Source: an uncultured Candidatus Saccharibacteria bacterium (GTDB taxonomy: Bacteria > Patescibacteriota > Minisyncoccia > Phycocordibacterales > Phycocordibacteraceae). Taken from it: a DNA stretch of 64,000 bases. The translations under genes were made by a program, and so were the position numbers. The notes under the pieces are model-generated. The model ran no database searches and was not told the origin of the DNA. It was given only the letters and a program-made list of their open reading frames with translations. This document shows positions 29,329-37,978 of the stretch, one piece after another (the first letter of the stretch is position 1; every line of letters starts with the position of its first letter). The stretch lies in the NCBI GenBank assembly GCA_964360975.1, contig CAYHYY010000001.1:959-64958 (forward strand), in the 5' to 3' direction.

Positions 29329-29532
29329 ACTACCCCGCTACTACCATATATGGTAGTGATGCGGCCTCCGCCGAGATTCTCTTGACGGTACTCCGTCATA
29401 GAGAATCCAAGTGTGGTCGCCCTGCGCGAGCCACCGGGCGCGCGTGGCGACGATTCACCCCCGTGCCAGAGGCACGGGGCACTCTCGTCGTCCAGCCAGT
29501 AGAAATCTCAAGCCGGTGCGCTTGAGATTTGC
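29329..29532. other. Hairpin-dense non-coding stretch of at least five strong stem-loops between convergent genes. Possibly a structured RNA.
   Basis: Stem-loops ctacca-tata-tggtag, gattctct[tgacgg-tact-ccgtca]agagaatc, gtcgcc..ggcgac, ccccgtgcc-aga-ggcacgggg, and aaatctcaag-ccggtgcg-cttgagattt. No ORF. Confidence 0.35.
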
Positions 29533-30890
29533 ATTATCGTGTCGGCAATGTGCGAGCCCGCAGTTCCGAAATTAGGCAAATACGAATTCACCAGCGTTAC
29601 TCTCTTTTCAGCATTTTGTTCTGGGTCGTTCATGTAGCTCCCGATGATTGACCTGAACGTATCTTTGTCGTATGCAACATCAACGCCACCTGTTTCGAGA
29701 GCCTTTCGAATAAAAGAGAACGTGAAGAGTAACCTGATTACTGCGTCGTCGTTTTCTGCATGATCCAAACCAGACAGTCCCGTGTAAATCATCGGCTTGT
29801 TCAAAACTGCCGCGTCGAGCGCAAGTGAGGAGAAAATACTCAAATTGACGTCAGCAAAGTTGAGAAGATTCGCGACGTGATCTTTGTTTGGGAGTGTGTC
29901 TGCGGATTCTAGCAAGAGATTCGGGAACTCTTGCTGGAGAGATATATACGCCTCGGGAATACGTTGCGTTGGTCCAAACCGAACGAGGACCATGCTCTCA
30001 GGGATTCTCATCGCTTTGATGTCTTCAAGGAGCAGCTTCGTGACGTCCAACTGATGTGGGTGCCAATTGTCCGTTCCGACGAAATACGTGATGAGCTTCT
30101 TTTGAGGATCAGCGCCGATTGATTTGAAAAGTTCTTCACGGGTAGCGGATGGAGAAAACTTTGCGTAGGTATCGTATCGCTGACATCCCTCGACATGTAT
30201 CAGTTCTGCATTGATCGACTTAAGATCAACGAGTTCCTGCTTCATCAGGTCATTCCAGACAAAGATGTGTGCCTGCCGCGGCACCGAGTACAGGCGATTT
30301 TCAAAATAGTTCCATGGCAAGTCGACGACGAATACGGGAACTCGATGTTTTCTACCAACGGCAAGCCACGCGATATCGTGTGCATCATGAGAAAGTGTAC
30401 CCACCACAATACCGTCAGGAGAGTGCTCGCGAAGTAGTCCTTCGAACGATGGCTCTGAGATTGCATACTCCTCGAGGTAGTCAAATAGATTCACCAAAGT
30501 ACTTCGAAAAGGCCTGAGAAGCATGCGCAAGAATTTCATGACTCGATCCTTCGGGGGGAGAGAGCGAATCAGTGCGTTTGCGGTCGTGCTCATTTCAACC
30601 AATTTCGCGTGTTCGTGCTTTGCGGTATCAAGTGCCAATGCATGTTCACGGACCCGGCTCGTTTTTACTAATGACGCGGGCAGTGCGGGCAGTGCTTGGT
30701 GGACTACATTTTCGCCAGAAAACTCCTTCGTGAAGTCTTCATCATCCACAAATGGAGAAAGGATCACGATCTTCGACTTTGTTTTCAGAGACGAAAAAAT
30801 GTCTGAACGAAGAATGGCGTTCGTGCGGTACGCGGTCGGAATAATGAAAAAAAAGGTCTTCATGAAGCGGCGCGATTGTACCACGCTCAT
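29508..30890 (-). CDS. TagF/TagB-like GT-B fold protein, paralog 1 of 5 (putative polymer glycosyl- or glycerophospho-transferase)
   Basis: Shares with 33205, 36414, 48570 and 58828 an N-terminal ILxI..P motif, HSPDGIVVGT, WNYF, VEGCQRYD (GYPxxD-like), and C-terminal SSLALDAAVLNKPMIYTG. Confidence 0.45.
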   Translation of the reverse strand: MSVVQSRRFMKTFFFIIPTAYRTNAILRSDIFSSLKTKSKIVILSPFVDDEDFTKEFSGENVVHQALPALPASLVKTSRVREHALALDTAKHEHAKLVEMSTTANALIRSLPPKDRVMKFLRMLLRPFRSTLVNLFDYLEEYAISEPSFEGLLREHSPDGIVVGTLSHDAHDIAWLAVGRKHRVPVFVVDLPWNYFENRLYSVPRQAHIFVWNDLMKQELVDLKSINAELIHVEGCQRYDTYAKFSPSATREELFKSIGADPQKKLITYFVGTDNWHPHQLDVTKLLLEDIKAMRIPESMVLVRFGPTQRIPEAYISLQQEFPNLLLESADTLPNKDHVANLLNFADVNLSIFSSLALDAAVLNKPMIYTGLSGLDHAENDDAVIRLLFTFSFIRKALETGGVDVAYDKDTFRSIIGSYMNDPEQNAEKRVTLVNSYLPNFGTAGSHIADTIMQISSAPA

Positions 30891-30939
30891 GCCAGTGTAC
30901 CAGTCGCCAGATACATCATTTGGCGTATAATCGAGCTAC

Positions 30940-31842
30940 ATGAGAGCGTTAGTAACCGGTGCAACTGGCTTTGTCGGATCGAACCTCGCCTTAAAACTTG
31001 CCGACGACGGTCACGACATTATTGCTGTTGGAGCAGCGCACGAGCAGAGGCTAGAACATCCGAACGTGCGCGTTATTTATATGGGCGCTCTCGAGATCCC
31101 GTGGGATACGATTGGGGACATTGATGTTCTGTTTCATCAGGGCGCGATTGCTGACACGACGATTTATGATCGAGAACAATTGATACGTGCGAACGTGGAG
31201 ACGTCAAAAAAATTTTTCGAGTACGCCATGACGCATGGTGCGAAATCCATCGTGTACGCCTCATCGTGCGCGGTCTATGGCGATCTCCCTGGAATTTTTA
31301 AAGAAGATGGCCCCGTCAAGCCTTTGAACGCCTATGGAGAATCAAAGGTTGCACAGGATGAATTTGCGAAAGAATTCTGGGCAAAAAATTCTGTTCGCGT
31401 GGTCGGCCTTCGGTACTCAAACGTCTACGGCCCCAGAGAGAACCACAAGGGGAGGATGGCGAATATGATCTATCAGCTTGCGCAGCAAATGCAGAGGGGC
31501 AATCCGCGCCTTTTCAAAATGGGCGAACAATTGCGCGAATATATTCATATTGATGACGTTGTCCGCGCAAATATTCTCGCGGTGGACTCGAAGGATAACG
31601 GCATCGCTAATATCTCATACAGTCCGCCACGTACCTTTAATGATGTCGTCACCGTTTTGAACAGCGTACTTGGCATGAAACGCACGCCGGAATATATCGA
31701 CAATCCATACGTGGGCAAATACCAGTCACACATTGAATGTGACGTCTCGCGCGCAAAGGAGCTGTTCGGCTTTACCGCCGCAATCTCTTTGGAGGAGGGA
31801 ATCAAGAGCTACTACGATTCGGGACATCTCGTACCCCGCTGA
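30940..31842 (+). CDS. ADP-L-glycero-D-manno-heptose 6-epimerase-like (HldD/RfaD family SDR)
   Basis: VTGATGFVGSNL, IVYASSCAVYG, KPLNAYGESK, and VGLRYSNVYGPRENHKGRMANM align closely with E. coli HldD (RYFNVYGPREGHKGSMASV). Confidence 0.75.
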   Translation: MRALVTGATGFVGSNLALKLADDGHDIIAVGAAHEQRLEHPNVRVIYMGALEIPWDTIGDIDVLFHQGAIADTTIYDREQLIRANVETSKKFFEYAMTHGAKSIVYASSCAVYGDLPGIFKEDGPVKPLNAYGESKVAQDEFAKEFWAKNSVRVVGLRYSNVYGPRENHKGRMANMIYQLAQQMQRGNPRLFKMGEQLREYIHIDDVVRANILAVDSKDNGIANISYSPPRTFNDVVTVLNSVLGMKRTPEYIDNPYVGKYQSHIECDVSRAKELFGFTAAISLEEGIKSYYDSGHLVPR

Positions 31843-31979
31843 AGCATAACTTTTTTGATTGCTTCGATCAGAAGGGTTTTGATGGATAGAAGTGTTGAGC
31901 GTATTTCAGTCGTTTATCGCGGGCTACCTTTGGTTTCGTGCGTATGAGAGGCTGACGTTCAAGATTTCAAATGGTATTA

Positions 31980-31995
31980 TTTTCATATATGAAAA
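31980..31995. promoter_or_regulatory. 16 bp perfect palindrome TTTTCATATATGAAAA centred on the start codon of the TrpR-like gene (candidate operator)
   Basis: Seen in the sequence. A near-identical 18 bp palindrome recurs at 32439..32456. Confidence 0.4.
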
Positions 31996-32426
31996 AAAAG
32001 AAAGGAGATTTAAGTAAGGAAGAATTTATCAAGACACTCGACATGCTCTATACAGCTGCTGGTACTGTTAAAGGTCGAAAGGATATGAAGTCGTTCCTGC
32101 GCGACCTTTTGACGGAGAGCGAGCGAATAATGCTCGGGCGACGTATTTGGATTGCGAGGCTCCTCCTTAATGGAATAAGTGTCATTGAAATTAGTCACCA
32201 GCTCAGAGTGAGTGTGGCAACTGTATACCGGGTGGAGCGCTGGCTCAAGGATCAGTTCACAGGTTACGAAGGCGCGGTCAGGGGTCTTGAGCGTGAGATG
32301 GAAAAGCGCGCGCGCATCCGCGAGGCAATCGCAGAACCTTTTTCATTTGTTGCATTAAAGCGTAGGTATCCACTCCATTTTCTGCTGTTCCCTGACCCTA
32401 AACCCAAGAAGCGGTACCACGATTAA
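31989..32426 (+). CDS. TrpR-like DNA-binding protein (YerC/YecD family)
   Basis: LTESERIMLGRRIWIARLLLNGISVIEISHQLRVSVATVYRV matches the Trp-repressor-like helix-turn-helix. The start was taken at ATG 31989 (MKKKKGDL). Confidence 0.6.
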   Translation: MKKKKGDLSKEEFIKTLDMLYTAAGTVKGRKDMKSFLRDLLTESERIMLGRRIWIARLLLNGISVIEISHQLRVSVATVYRVERWLKDQFTGYEGAVRGLEREMEKRARIREAIAEPFSFVALKRRYPLHFLLFPDPKPKKRYHD

Positions 32427-32438
32427 TATATTTTCGAG

Positions 32439-32456
32439 ATTTTCATATATGAAAAT
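32439..32456. promoter_or_regulatory. 18 bp perfect palindrome ATTTTCATATATGAAAAT, 13 nt after the stop of the TrpR-like gene (second candidate operator)
   Basis: Seen in the sequence. Pairs with the site at 31980..31995. Confidence 0.4.
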
Positions 32457-32589
32457 ATTTGCGAGTTGCTGTTCGTCATTGTTGAGAAGACCATACGTGA
32501 GTCGGCAGCGTCCCTATACATACTATACGCAGCAACATCAATGCACGTTTTCCTTACGTGCTTAAAGCACTGTATGCTGCTCTGTTATT

Positions 32590-33198
32590 GTGTATAGTGG
32601 TGTGGAATCAATTTCAAAAATTACTACGTCTTTCATGCTCTACGCGCCGCAGATATACGCTCTCAATGGATTCGCACGAATTTCGTTCAAAAAGGATACG
32701 CAAAAGTTTCTTGACGTTGGGTGTGGATTTCGCAAATTACCGGGAGCGGTAGGCGTCGATGCGGACCCTTCAACTGATGCAGACGTCGCACACGACCTTG
32801 AAAAATTTCCGTGGCCTTTTGCCGATGGGGAATTTGATCTTATACTTATGTCCCACGTTCTTGAGCATCTCTCTAACACCGCGAAGACCCTTCGCGAGGT
32901 ACACCGTGTCGGGAAGCCGGGCGCGCGCGTCGTTATTCAGATACCCTATTTTAGATCACCTGACGCTTTTTCTGACCCTACACATAAGCATTTTTTCACG
33001 ATAGAGTCAGAAACCTTCCTTCTTGCGGAAGGGTATGAACGGGTGGGCTTTTGGATTGGTTGGCCGCACCGATCGAGGAACCCAATAAAGGAGGCATTCA
33101 AGCAGTATGTCCACCAACACCCAAAATTTTATGAATCACATCTCTCGCTTCTCTTTCCAACCGAATGTCTTACGTGGGAGCTCGAAGTGAAGAAATAA
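32590..33198 (+). CDS. Class I SAM-dependent methyltransferase (Methyltransf_11-like)
   Basis: LDVGCGFRKLPGAVGVD motif I, DLILMSHVLEHL, PGARVVIQIPY. The exact start is uncertain (an alternative ATG lies at 32638). Confidence 0.6.
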   Translation: MYSGVESISKITTSFMLYAPQIYALNGFARISFKKDTQKFLDVGCGFRKLPGAVGVDADPSTDADVAHDLEKFPWPFADGEFDLILMSHVLEHLSNTAKTLREVHRVGKPGARVVIQIPYFRSPDAFSDPTHKHFFTIESETFLLAEGYERVGFWIGWPHRSRNPIKEAFKQYVHQHPKFYESHLSLLFPTECLTWELEVKK

Positions 33199-33204
33199 AG
33201 TGTT

Positions 33205-34623
33205 ATGGCAAGCGACAAAACAAAAACGTTGCTCTTTTCCATAAGTGTTGGCGAGTGTTACAAAAATTTTGCCGCGTTTCCGGGAGGCTTGTTTGAACTG
33301 CTGGAGGCGGATGTCGTGCGAGGCGCACTTCGAATAATTTTTGTCGTTCCTAAAGAAAAGACTGCGCTTCTCGAGCCAGTTGAAGCATTCGCAAAGCGTC
33401 ATCCTGATCGGGTCGTCGTCGAAACGGTTACCATAGCTCCAAGAACGACGATACAAAAAATATTTGCCTTTCTCTACTCGTACTTCGTGTACACCGGGAC
33501 TACAAAAACGCTCGCCACGGTAGGCATGCGGCCGAACGACGCACCAGGCGGAGGTAATCGGTGGCTCGCGCCACTCAAGTTCGCACTATCCAAAACGTTC
33601 GGCAGAAGTCGCTGGATTCGTTTTTCTGTAGTCCCTGTTCTCTACCGCTTATTTTTTCCACAACGCCCATTTGCGCAGATCGTCGATACATACGAACCAG
33701 ATCTTGTATTTGTTCCCGATTTATTTGATCGATTCGACGTCGAACTTTCGCGAGAAGCAATGTACCGGAAGATTCGGCGCGTGGGGATGGTGATGAACTG
33801 GGATCACCTCGATAAATATTTCCTCCCCTTTCCCGTGGAGATACTCTTTGCGCAGAGCGATCAAATGCGGAGATTCGCCGTTGAATTTCAGATGTATCCG
33901 AACGAGGCGATTAGAATTGTGGGGTACCCGTTTCTCGATTTTGTGGCAAACAAAGAATACCGCGCGCCGCGCGAAGAAATAATAAAAAAGCTTGGATTTT
34001 CACCGAACGCGAAATACGTTTTGTATATCGCTGGCAGCATGTATGCGCCCGACGAGCCAGACGTTATCGAGGAGATGATCAAGTGGGCGGACCATAACGA
34101 ATACGGCGGCGAAGACGTGTACTTTGTCATTAGGCCGTATCCTGGCGGAAGAGGGAAAGATGTGGAATTTGACGAGCAAAAATTCAACGGGTTTGCGAAT
34201 CATCCGCGCGTATCGTTTCAGATGGAAAAATTCTGGGCCGGATTTGAAACGAACATCGAATTCATGAATATTATGCGGCATGCCGACGTTTTGATTCAGG
34301 TATTTTCAACGGCGGTTATTCCCGCAGCGGCCTTGGATCGCCCTATGATAACGCCCTCCTTCGATGGGCATCATCTCCGACCATTTAATCGTTCGGTGAG
34401 GAGATTTGAAATGCGAGAGCATTTTAAGGATGTCCTTGAAAGTGGAGGGCAACAGCGCGCGCTGACTTTTGAGGAGCTTAAGGAAAAACTCACGATGTAC
34501 TTAAAGCACCCAGAAACTCACGCTCGGGAGCGCGAAGATATGAGACAGAAAGTTGTCGGACCTCTTGATGGAAACGCGTCAAAACGCATGCACGAGCTAC
34601 TCATCAAAGAACTCGATTCATAA
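33205..34623 (+). CDS. TagF/TagB-like GT-B fold protein, paralog 2 of 5
   Basis: YEPDLVFVPD, MNWDHLDKY, VGYPFLD (GYPRxD-like), FSTAVIPAAALDRPMITP. Confidence 0.45.
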   Translation: MASDKTKTLLFSISVGECYKNFAAFPGGLFELLEADVVRGALRIIFVVPKEKTALLEPVEAFAKRHPDRVVVETVTIAPRTTIQKIFAFLYSYFVYTGTTKTLATVGMRPNDAPGGGNRWLAPLKFALSKTFGRSRWIRFSVVPVLYRLFFPQRPFAQIVDTYEPDLVFVPDLFDRFDVELSREAMYRKIRRVGMVMNWDHLDKYFLPFPVEILFAQSDQMRRFAVEFQMYPNEAIRIVGYPFLDFVANKEYRAPREEIIKKLGFSPNAKYVLYIAGSMYAPDEPDVIEEMIKWADHNEYGGEDVYFVIRPYPGGRGKDVEFDEQKFNGFANHPRVSFQMEKFWAGFETNIEFMNIMRHADVLIQVFSTAVIPAAALDRPMITPSFDGHHLRPFNRSVRRFEMREHFKDVLESGGQQRALTFEELKEKLTMYLKHPETHAREREDMRQKVVGPLDGNASKRMHELLIKELDS

Positions 34624-34626
34624 CGC

Positions 34627-36417
34627 ATGACTGCATCAAGCACTGTACCCCGTATGCGCGCAACCGAGCTCCTTTGGACGCTCTATGGTGAGCATAAAGG
34701 ATACGTCGTCATCCTTCTGGTTCTTGGCATACTTGGTGGATTTCTCGAGACGCTGGGGATTAGTATTCTCATTCCGCTTTTCTCGCACGTGTTAGACAAG
34801 CCTCTCATAGAAACAGGAAATTTCGCCGCGTTTTTCGTGCGGCTTTTTGATTTTTTCCACATTCAGCAACGCCTGAGCGTGCTCTTGCCACTTCTCGTCT
34901 CCATTTTTGTGTTTCGAGGTCTCGTCCTCTATAGCTTCAATTATGTTCGCGCACGGGTTATGGGCGATTACGAACGTGCGACACGGACGAGTGTCTATAA
35001 AAAATTGCTGCATGCTGACTGGCCATTTCTATCGGCACAACGCATCGGACATGCGGAGAATACGCTCATGGCCGATGTTGATAGGGCGACAAAGCTACTC
35101 GCCAATCTCACGAATTCCATTCTTCAGGTATCGAGTCTCGCGATCTACGTCACGGTGGCCATAGCTATTTCTCCAGAGGTGACCGCGGCAACCTTGATAA
35201 CCGGTGGAGCGCTGCTTTACTTCTTTCGGCCGCTCATTCGCAGGAATCGTGAGTATTCAGCTAAAACCGTCGATCTCAATAAACGGATCGCGCACGATGT
35301 CAATGAAAGCATCATCGGAATAAAATCAGTCAAAATCATGAACCGTGAAGACGCATTGAGCGATCGGATGGCGCGCCTCTTCAATTATCTCCGTGATCTG
35401 AAAATCAAACGCACATTAATTTCATCCGCGACGACAGAATTCATTCAGCCCGTGAGTGTCATTTTCGTTGTGCTCGTGTTTATCTACGCTTTTTATCGAC
35501 CCGGATTTGATCTGGCGACATTTGCGGTCGTCATGTTTCTCATTCAACGCATATTCATCTATGTTGATCGAGGGCAGACGCTCATGCATGAGATTAATCA
35601 GCAACTACCGCACGCAACGTATTTAGTGAATTTCCTCGGCTTACTTGAAGGTCGAACGACGGGAGTCAATGGCGAGAAGCCTTTCGCATTTGGCAAAGAA
35701 ATCGTCTTCGATCATGTTTCATTCGTGTATGAGTCGGAACGCACGGTGCTCAAGGACGTAACGTTTTCAATCAAGCACGGTGAAATGGTTGGCATCATTG
35801 GGCCTTCAGGCGTTGGGAAGACCACGGTCGTTGATCTCATCATGAGACTTCTTGACCCGTCGGATGGGAAAATTACGGTCGACGGCGTTCCGCTTGACCG
35901 TATAAGCACGAAGGAATGGCGCTCCCATATTGGTTACGTGCCACAAGACATCTTTCTCCTGAATGAGAGTATTTTTCAGAATATTCGATTTTTTGACCAC
36001 TCAGTTTCTCCCGATGATGTCCGTATCGCTATTCGCGATGCGAAACTCGACGAGGTGGTCGCGGCGCTTCCTCAGGGCATAGAGACTAACGTGGGAGAGC
36101 GGGGCGTCGCGCTTTCTGCGGGACAACGACAGCGCATTGTTCTCGCGAGAGCTCTTGCTCGGAAACCGGACATTCTCATTCTCGATGAGGCGACGAGTTC
36201 TCTGGATGCTGAATCTGAGAGTGTCATTCACGAGGCGCTTGAAGCAATACGCGGAAAAGTCACGGTCATCATAATCGCGCACCGACTTTCTACGATTATG
36301 AATGCAGATACGCTGGTAGCACTTGAGGGTGGACAGATCGTCGAGCACGGGACGCCAGATGCGCTACTAAAAAACCCGAAGTCATATTTCTATCGTTTGC
36401 GGTCTATGCAAACATGA
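34627..36417 (+). CDS. ABC exporter with a fused six-TM permease and ATPase (MsbA-like family)
   Basis: Six N-terminal TM helices. Walker A GPSGVGKTT, ABC signature LSAGQRQRIVLARAL, and Walker B ILILDEATSSLD. Confidence 0.85.
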   Translation: MTASSTVPRMRATELLWTLYGEHKGYVVILLVLGILGGFLETLGISILIPLFSHVLDKPLIETGNFAAFFVRLFDFFHIQQRLSVLLPLLVSIFVFRGLVLYSFNYVRARVMGDYERATRTSVYKKLLHADWPFLSAQRIGHAENTLMADVDRATKLLANLTNSILQVSSLAIYVTVAIAISPEVTAATLITGGALLYFFRPLIRRNREYSAKTVDLNKRIAHDVNESIIGIKSVKIMNREDALSDRMARLFNYLRDLKIKRTLISSATTEFIQPVSVIFVVLVFIYAFYRPGFDLATFAVVMFLIQRIFIYVDRGQTLMHEINQQLPHATYLVNFLGLLEGRTTGVNGEKPFAFGKEIVFDHVSFVYESERTVLKDVTFSIKHGEMVGIIGPSGVGKTTVVDLIMRLLDPSDGKITVDGVPLDRISTKEWRSHIGYVPQDIFLLNESIFQNIRFFDHSVSPDDVRIAIRDAKLDEVVAALPQGIETNVGERGVALSAGQRQRIVLARALARKPDILILDEATSSLDAESESVIHEALEAIRGKVTVIIIAHRLSTIMNADTLVALEGGQIVEHGTPDALLKNPKSYFYRLRSMQT

Positions 36418-37781
36418 AAGTTCTCTTCGTCATCCGTTCGGTGAACTTGTTTCACTACTATAAGAGCATTATCACTGCGCTCGCCAAGCGGGGACATGTG
36501 GTCGAGATGTTATTCGATGAAAAGTGGAGTACTGCTCATTCTATTGAACCGGTGAAAGAATTCATTGCACGATATCCTGCGTGCACCTACGGATGGTCTC
36601 TGCGAAGGCATGGTTGGCTTAAGCCATGTATCTTTCAAGTGCGCGAGCTTCGTAGTTACCGACGATTCCTCATTGTTCCGGGGCAGTCGACGTATTATCG
36701 CGACCGATGGCCAAACCACATGCCCTGGTTATGGCGACAGACGCTCAAACGCGTTCCGGGCGCGAAAGCAATATTGAAAACAAAGTTGTGCGGACGCTTC
36801 CTCGCATTCATAGAGGACAGCGTTCGACCTGATCCGAGAATAGTCGAGGACATTCGAAAGCATGCGCCAGACATTGCAGTGGTCACGCCGCTCAATCTGC
36901 GACTCTCCGAGGATATCGAATATTTAAAGGCTGCGCGCTCTCTAAAGATACCGACCGCGGGCGCTGTGCTTTCGTGGGACAATTTGACCACGAAGGGACT
37001 TATGAGCATTTTGCCAGATATACTCTTGGTCTGGAATGAAGCGCAAGTCGAAGAAGCGCGCGTGCATCACCAGATTCCTCCCGAGAAAACTCGAGTCGTT
37101 GGCGCTGCAGTTTTCGACCAATGGTTTGATTCAAACCTTTCTGCTTCAGCAGATAGAGAAGTTTTTTGCACGGCCCACGGACTGGATCCCAAGAAGCCGT
37201 ACGTTTTGTATCTCGGATCGTCTCGCAACATGGCGTACGACGAAACGTGGATTATTAAGAAACTGCGAACAGCGCTCGACGAGAGCGACGATCCTCTCCT
37301 TCGGTCGGTGCAGCTCGTGGTACGACCGCACGGGGCTAATTACGCAATCTATAAGGATATAGAAACACCCGGCATTGTGCTGGTCCCCCGTGAGGGAACG
37401 CTTCCGAATACGAGGGAGACGCTTCAGCTCTTTTACGATACCGCGTATCATTCTGTCGGCGTCATTATCGGTGCGAACACGAGCGCCATCATTGACTCAA
37501 TGACCGTGGGGAAGCCAGCGATAGTGTTTCAAACAGACCAGTACCGAAAGACGCAGATGGATACGCAGCACTTTCGGCAACTTCTTGAAATGGAAGTGCC
37601 GTACCTGGTGCCAGATACAGTTTCATTCTTAAAGCGCATGTTTTCACTTTTGAAAGGTGACGACCCGAAGCGAGAAAACAGGCATGCATTCATCAAACGG
37701 TATATTCGACCGCATGACGTGAGCGCCGGCGAAAAGGCGGCAGACATTCTTGAGGGACTTGCGAAAAAACGCGCGCGCTAG
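36414..37781 (+). CDS. TagF/TagB-like GT-B fold protein, paralog 3 of 5
   Basis: MKVLFVIRSVNLFHY, HAPDIAVVTP, SWDNLTTKG, VVGAAVFDQ, GANTSAIIDSMTVGKPAIVF. Confidence 0.45.
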   Translation: MKVLFVIRSVNLFHYYKSIITALAKRGHVVEMLFDEKWSTAHSIEPVKEFIARYPACTYGWSLRRHGWLKPCIFQVRELRSYRRFLIVPGQSTYYRDRWPNHMPWLWRQTLKRVPGAKAILKTKLCGRFLAFIEDSVRPDPRIVEDIRKHAPDIAVVTPLNLRLSEDIEYLKAARSLKIPTAGAVLSWDNLTTKGLMSILPDILLVWNEAQVEEARVHHQIPPEKTRVVGAAVFDQWFDSNLSASADREVFCTAHGLDPKKPYVLYLGSSRNMAYDETWIIKKLRTALDESDDPLLRSVQLVVRPHGANYAIYKDIETPGIVLVPREGTLPNTRETLQLFYDTAYHSVGVIIGANTSAIIDSMTVGKPAIVFQTDQYRKTQMDTQHFRQLLEMEVPYLVPDTVSFLKRMFSLLKGDDPKRENRHAFIKRYIRPHDVSAGEKAADILEGLAKKRAR

Positions 37782-37945
37782 AGCATGTCCGGAAACCTCC
37801 CCCTACCTGGAAACCGCTCATTTCCTACTCAACATTTCGTCTCGTCCTCAACGTACTCTCAGTACGCTTCGGACTCCGACTCATGTCTCATGACGGAAAT
37901 GAACGGTTTCGGTTCGGGTACCGCGGGTTTCCGGACATGCTCTAG
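37778..37945. repeat. 168 bp imperfect palindrome with 20 bp perfect terminal inverted repeats (CTAGAGCATGTCCGGAAACC ... GGTTTCCGGACATGCTCTAG). Could be a structured RNA or a MITE-like element.
   Basis: The terminal inverted repeats are 37778..37797 and 37926..37945. An inner pair ggaaaccgctcatttcc (37809..37825) / ggaaatgaacggtttc (37895..37910) has one mismatch. The element overlaps the stop of the upstream gene and lies just before the ATG of the next gene. Confidence 0.45.
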
Positions 37946-37978
37946 TTCAGTTGGCGCGCTTCTGCTACCATTTCTCAC

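Noticed and set aside
29159-29532. Considered tmRNA, RNase P RNA, SRP RNA or tRNA for the hairpin-rich region
   Set aside because: No CCA-ending tRNA-like domain was found, and no RNase P CR-I/CR-V (GGAAAGUCCGGGC / ACAGAACCCGGCUUA at the proper spacing) or SRP domain-IV motif. The 5' half is duplicated at 57303, which a single-copy housekeeping RNA would not be. It remains unidentified and is not called as a known ncRNA.
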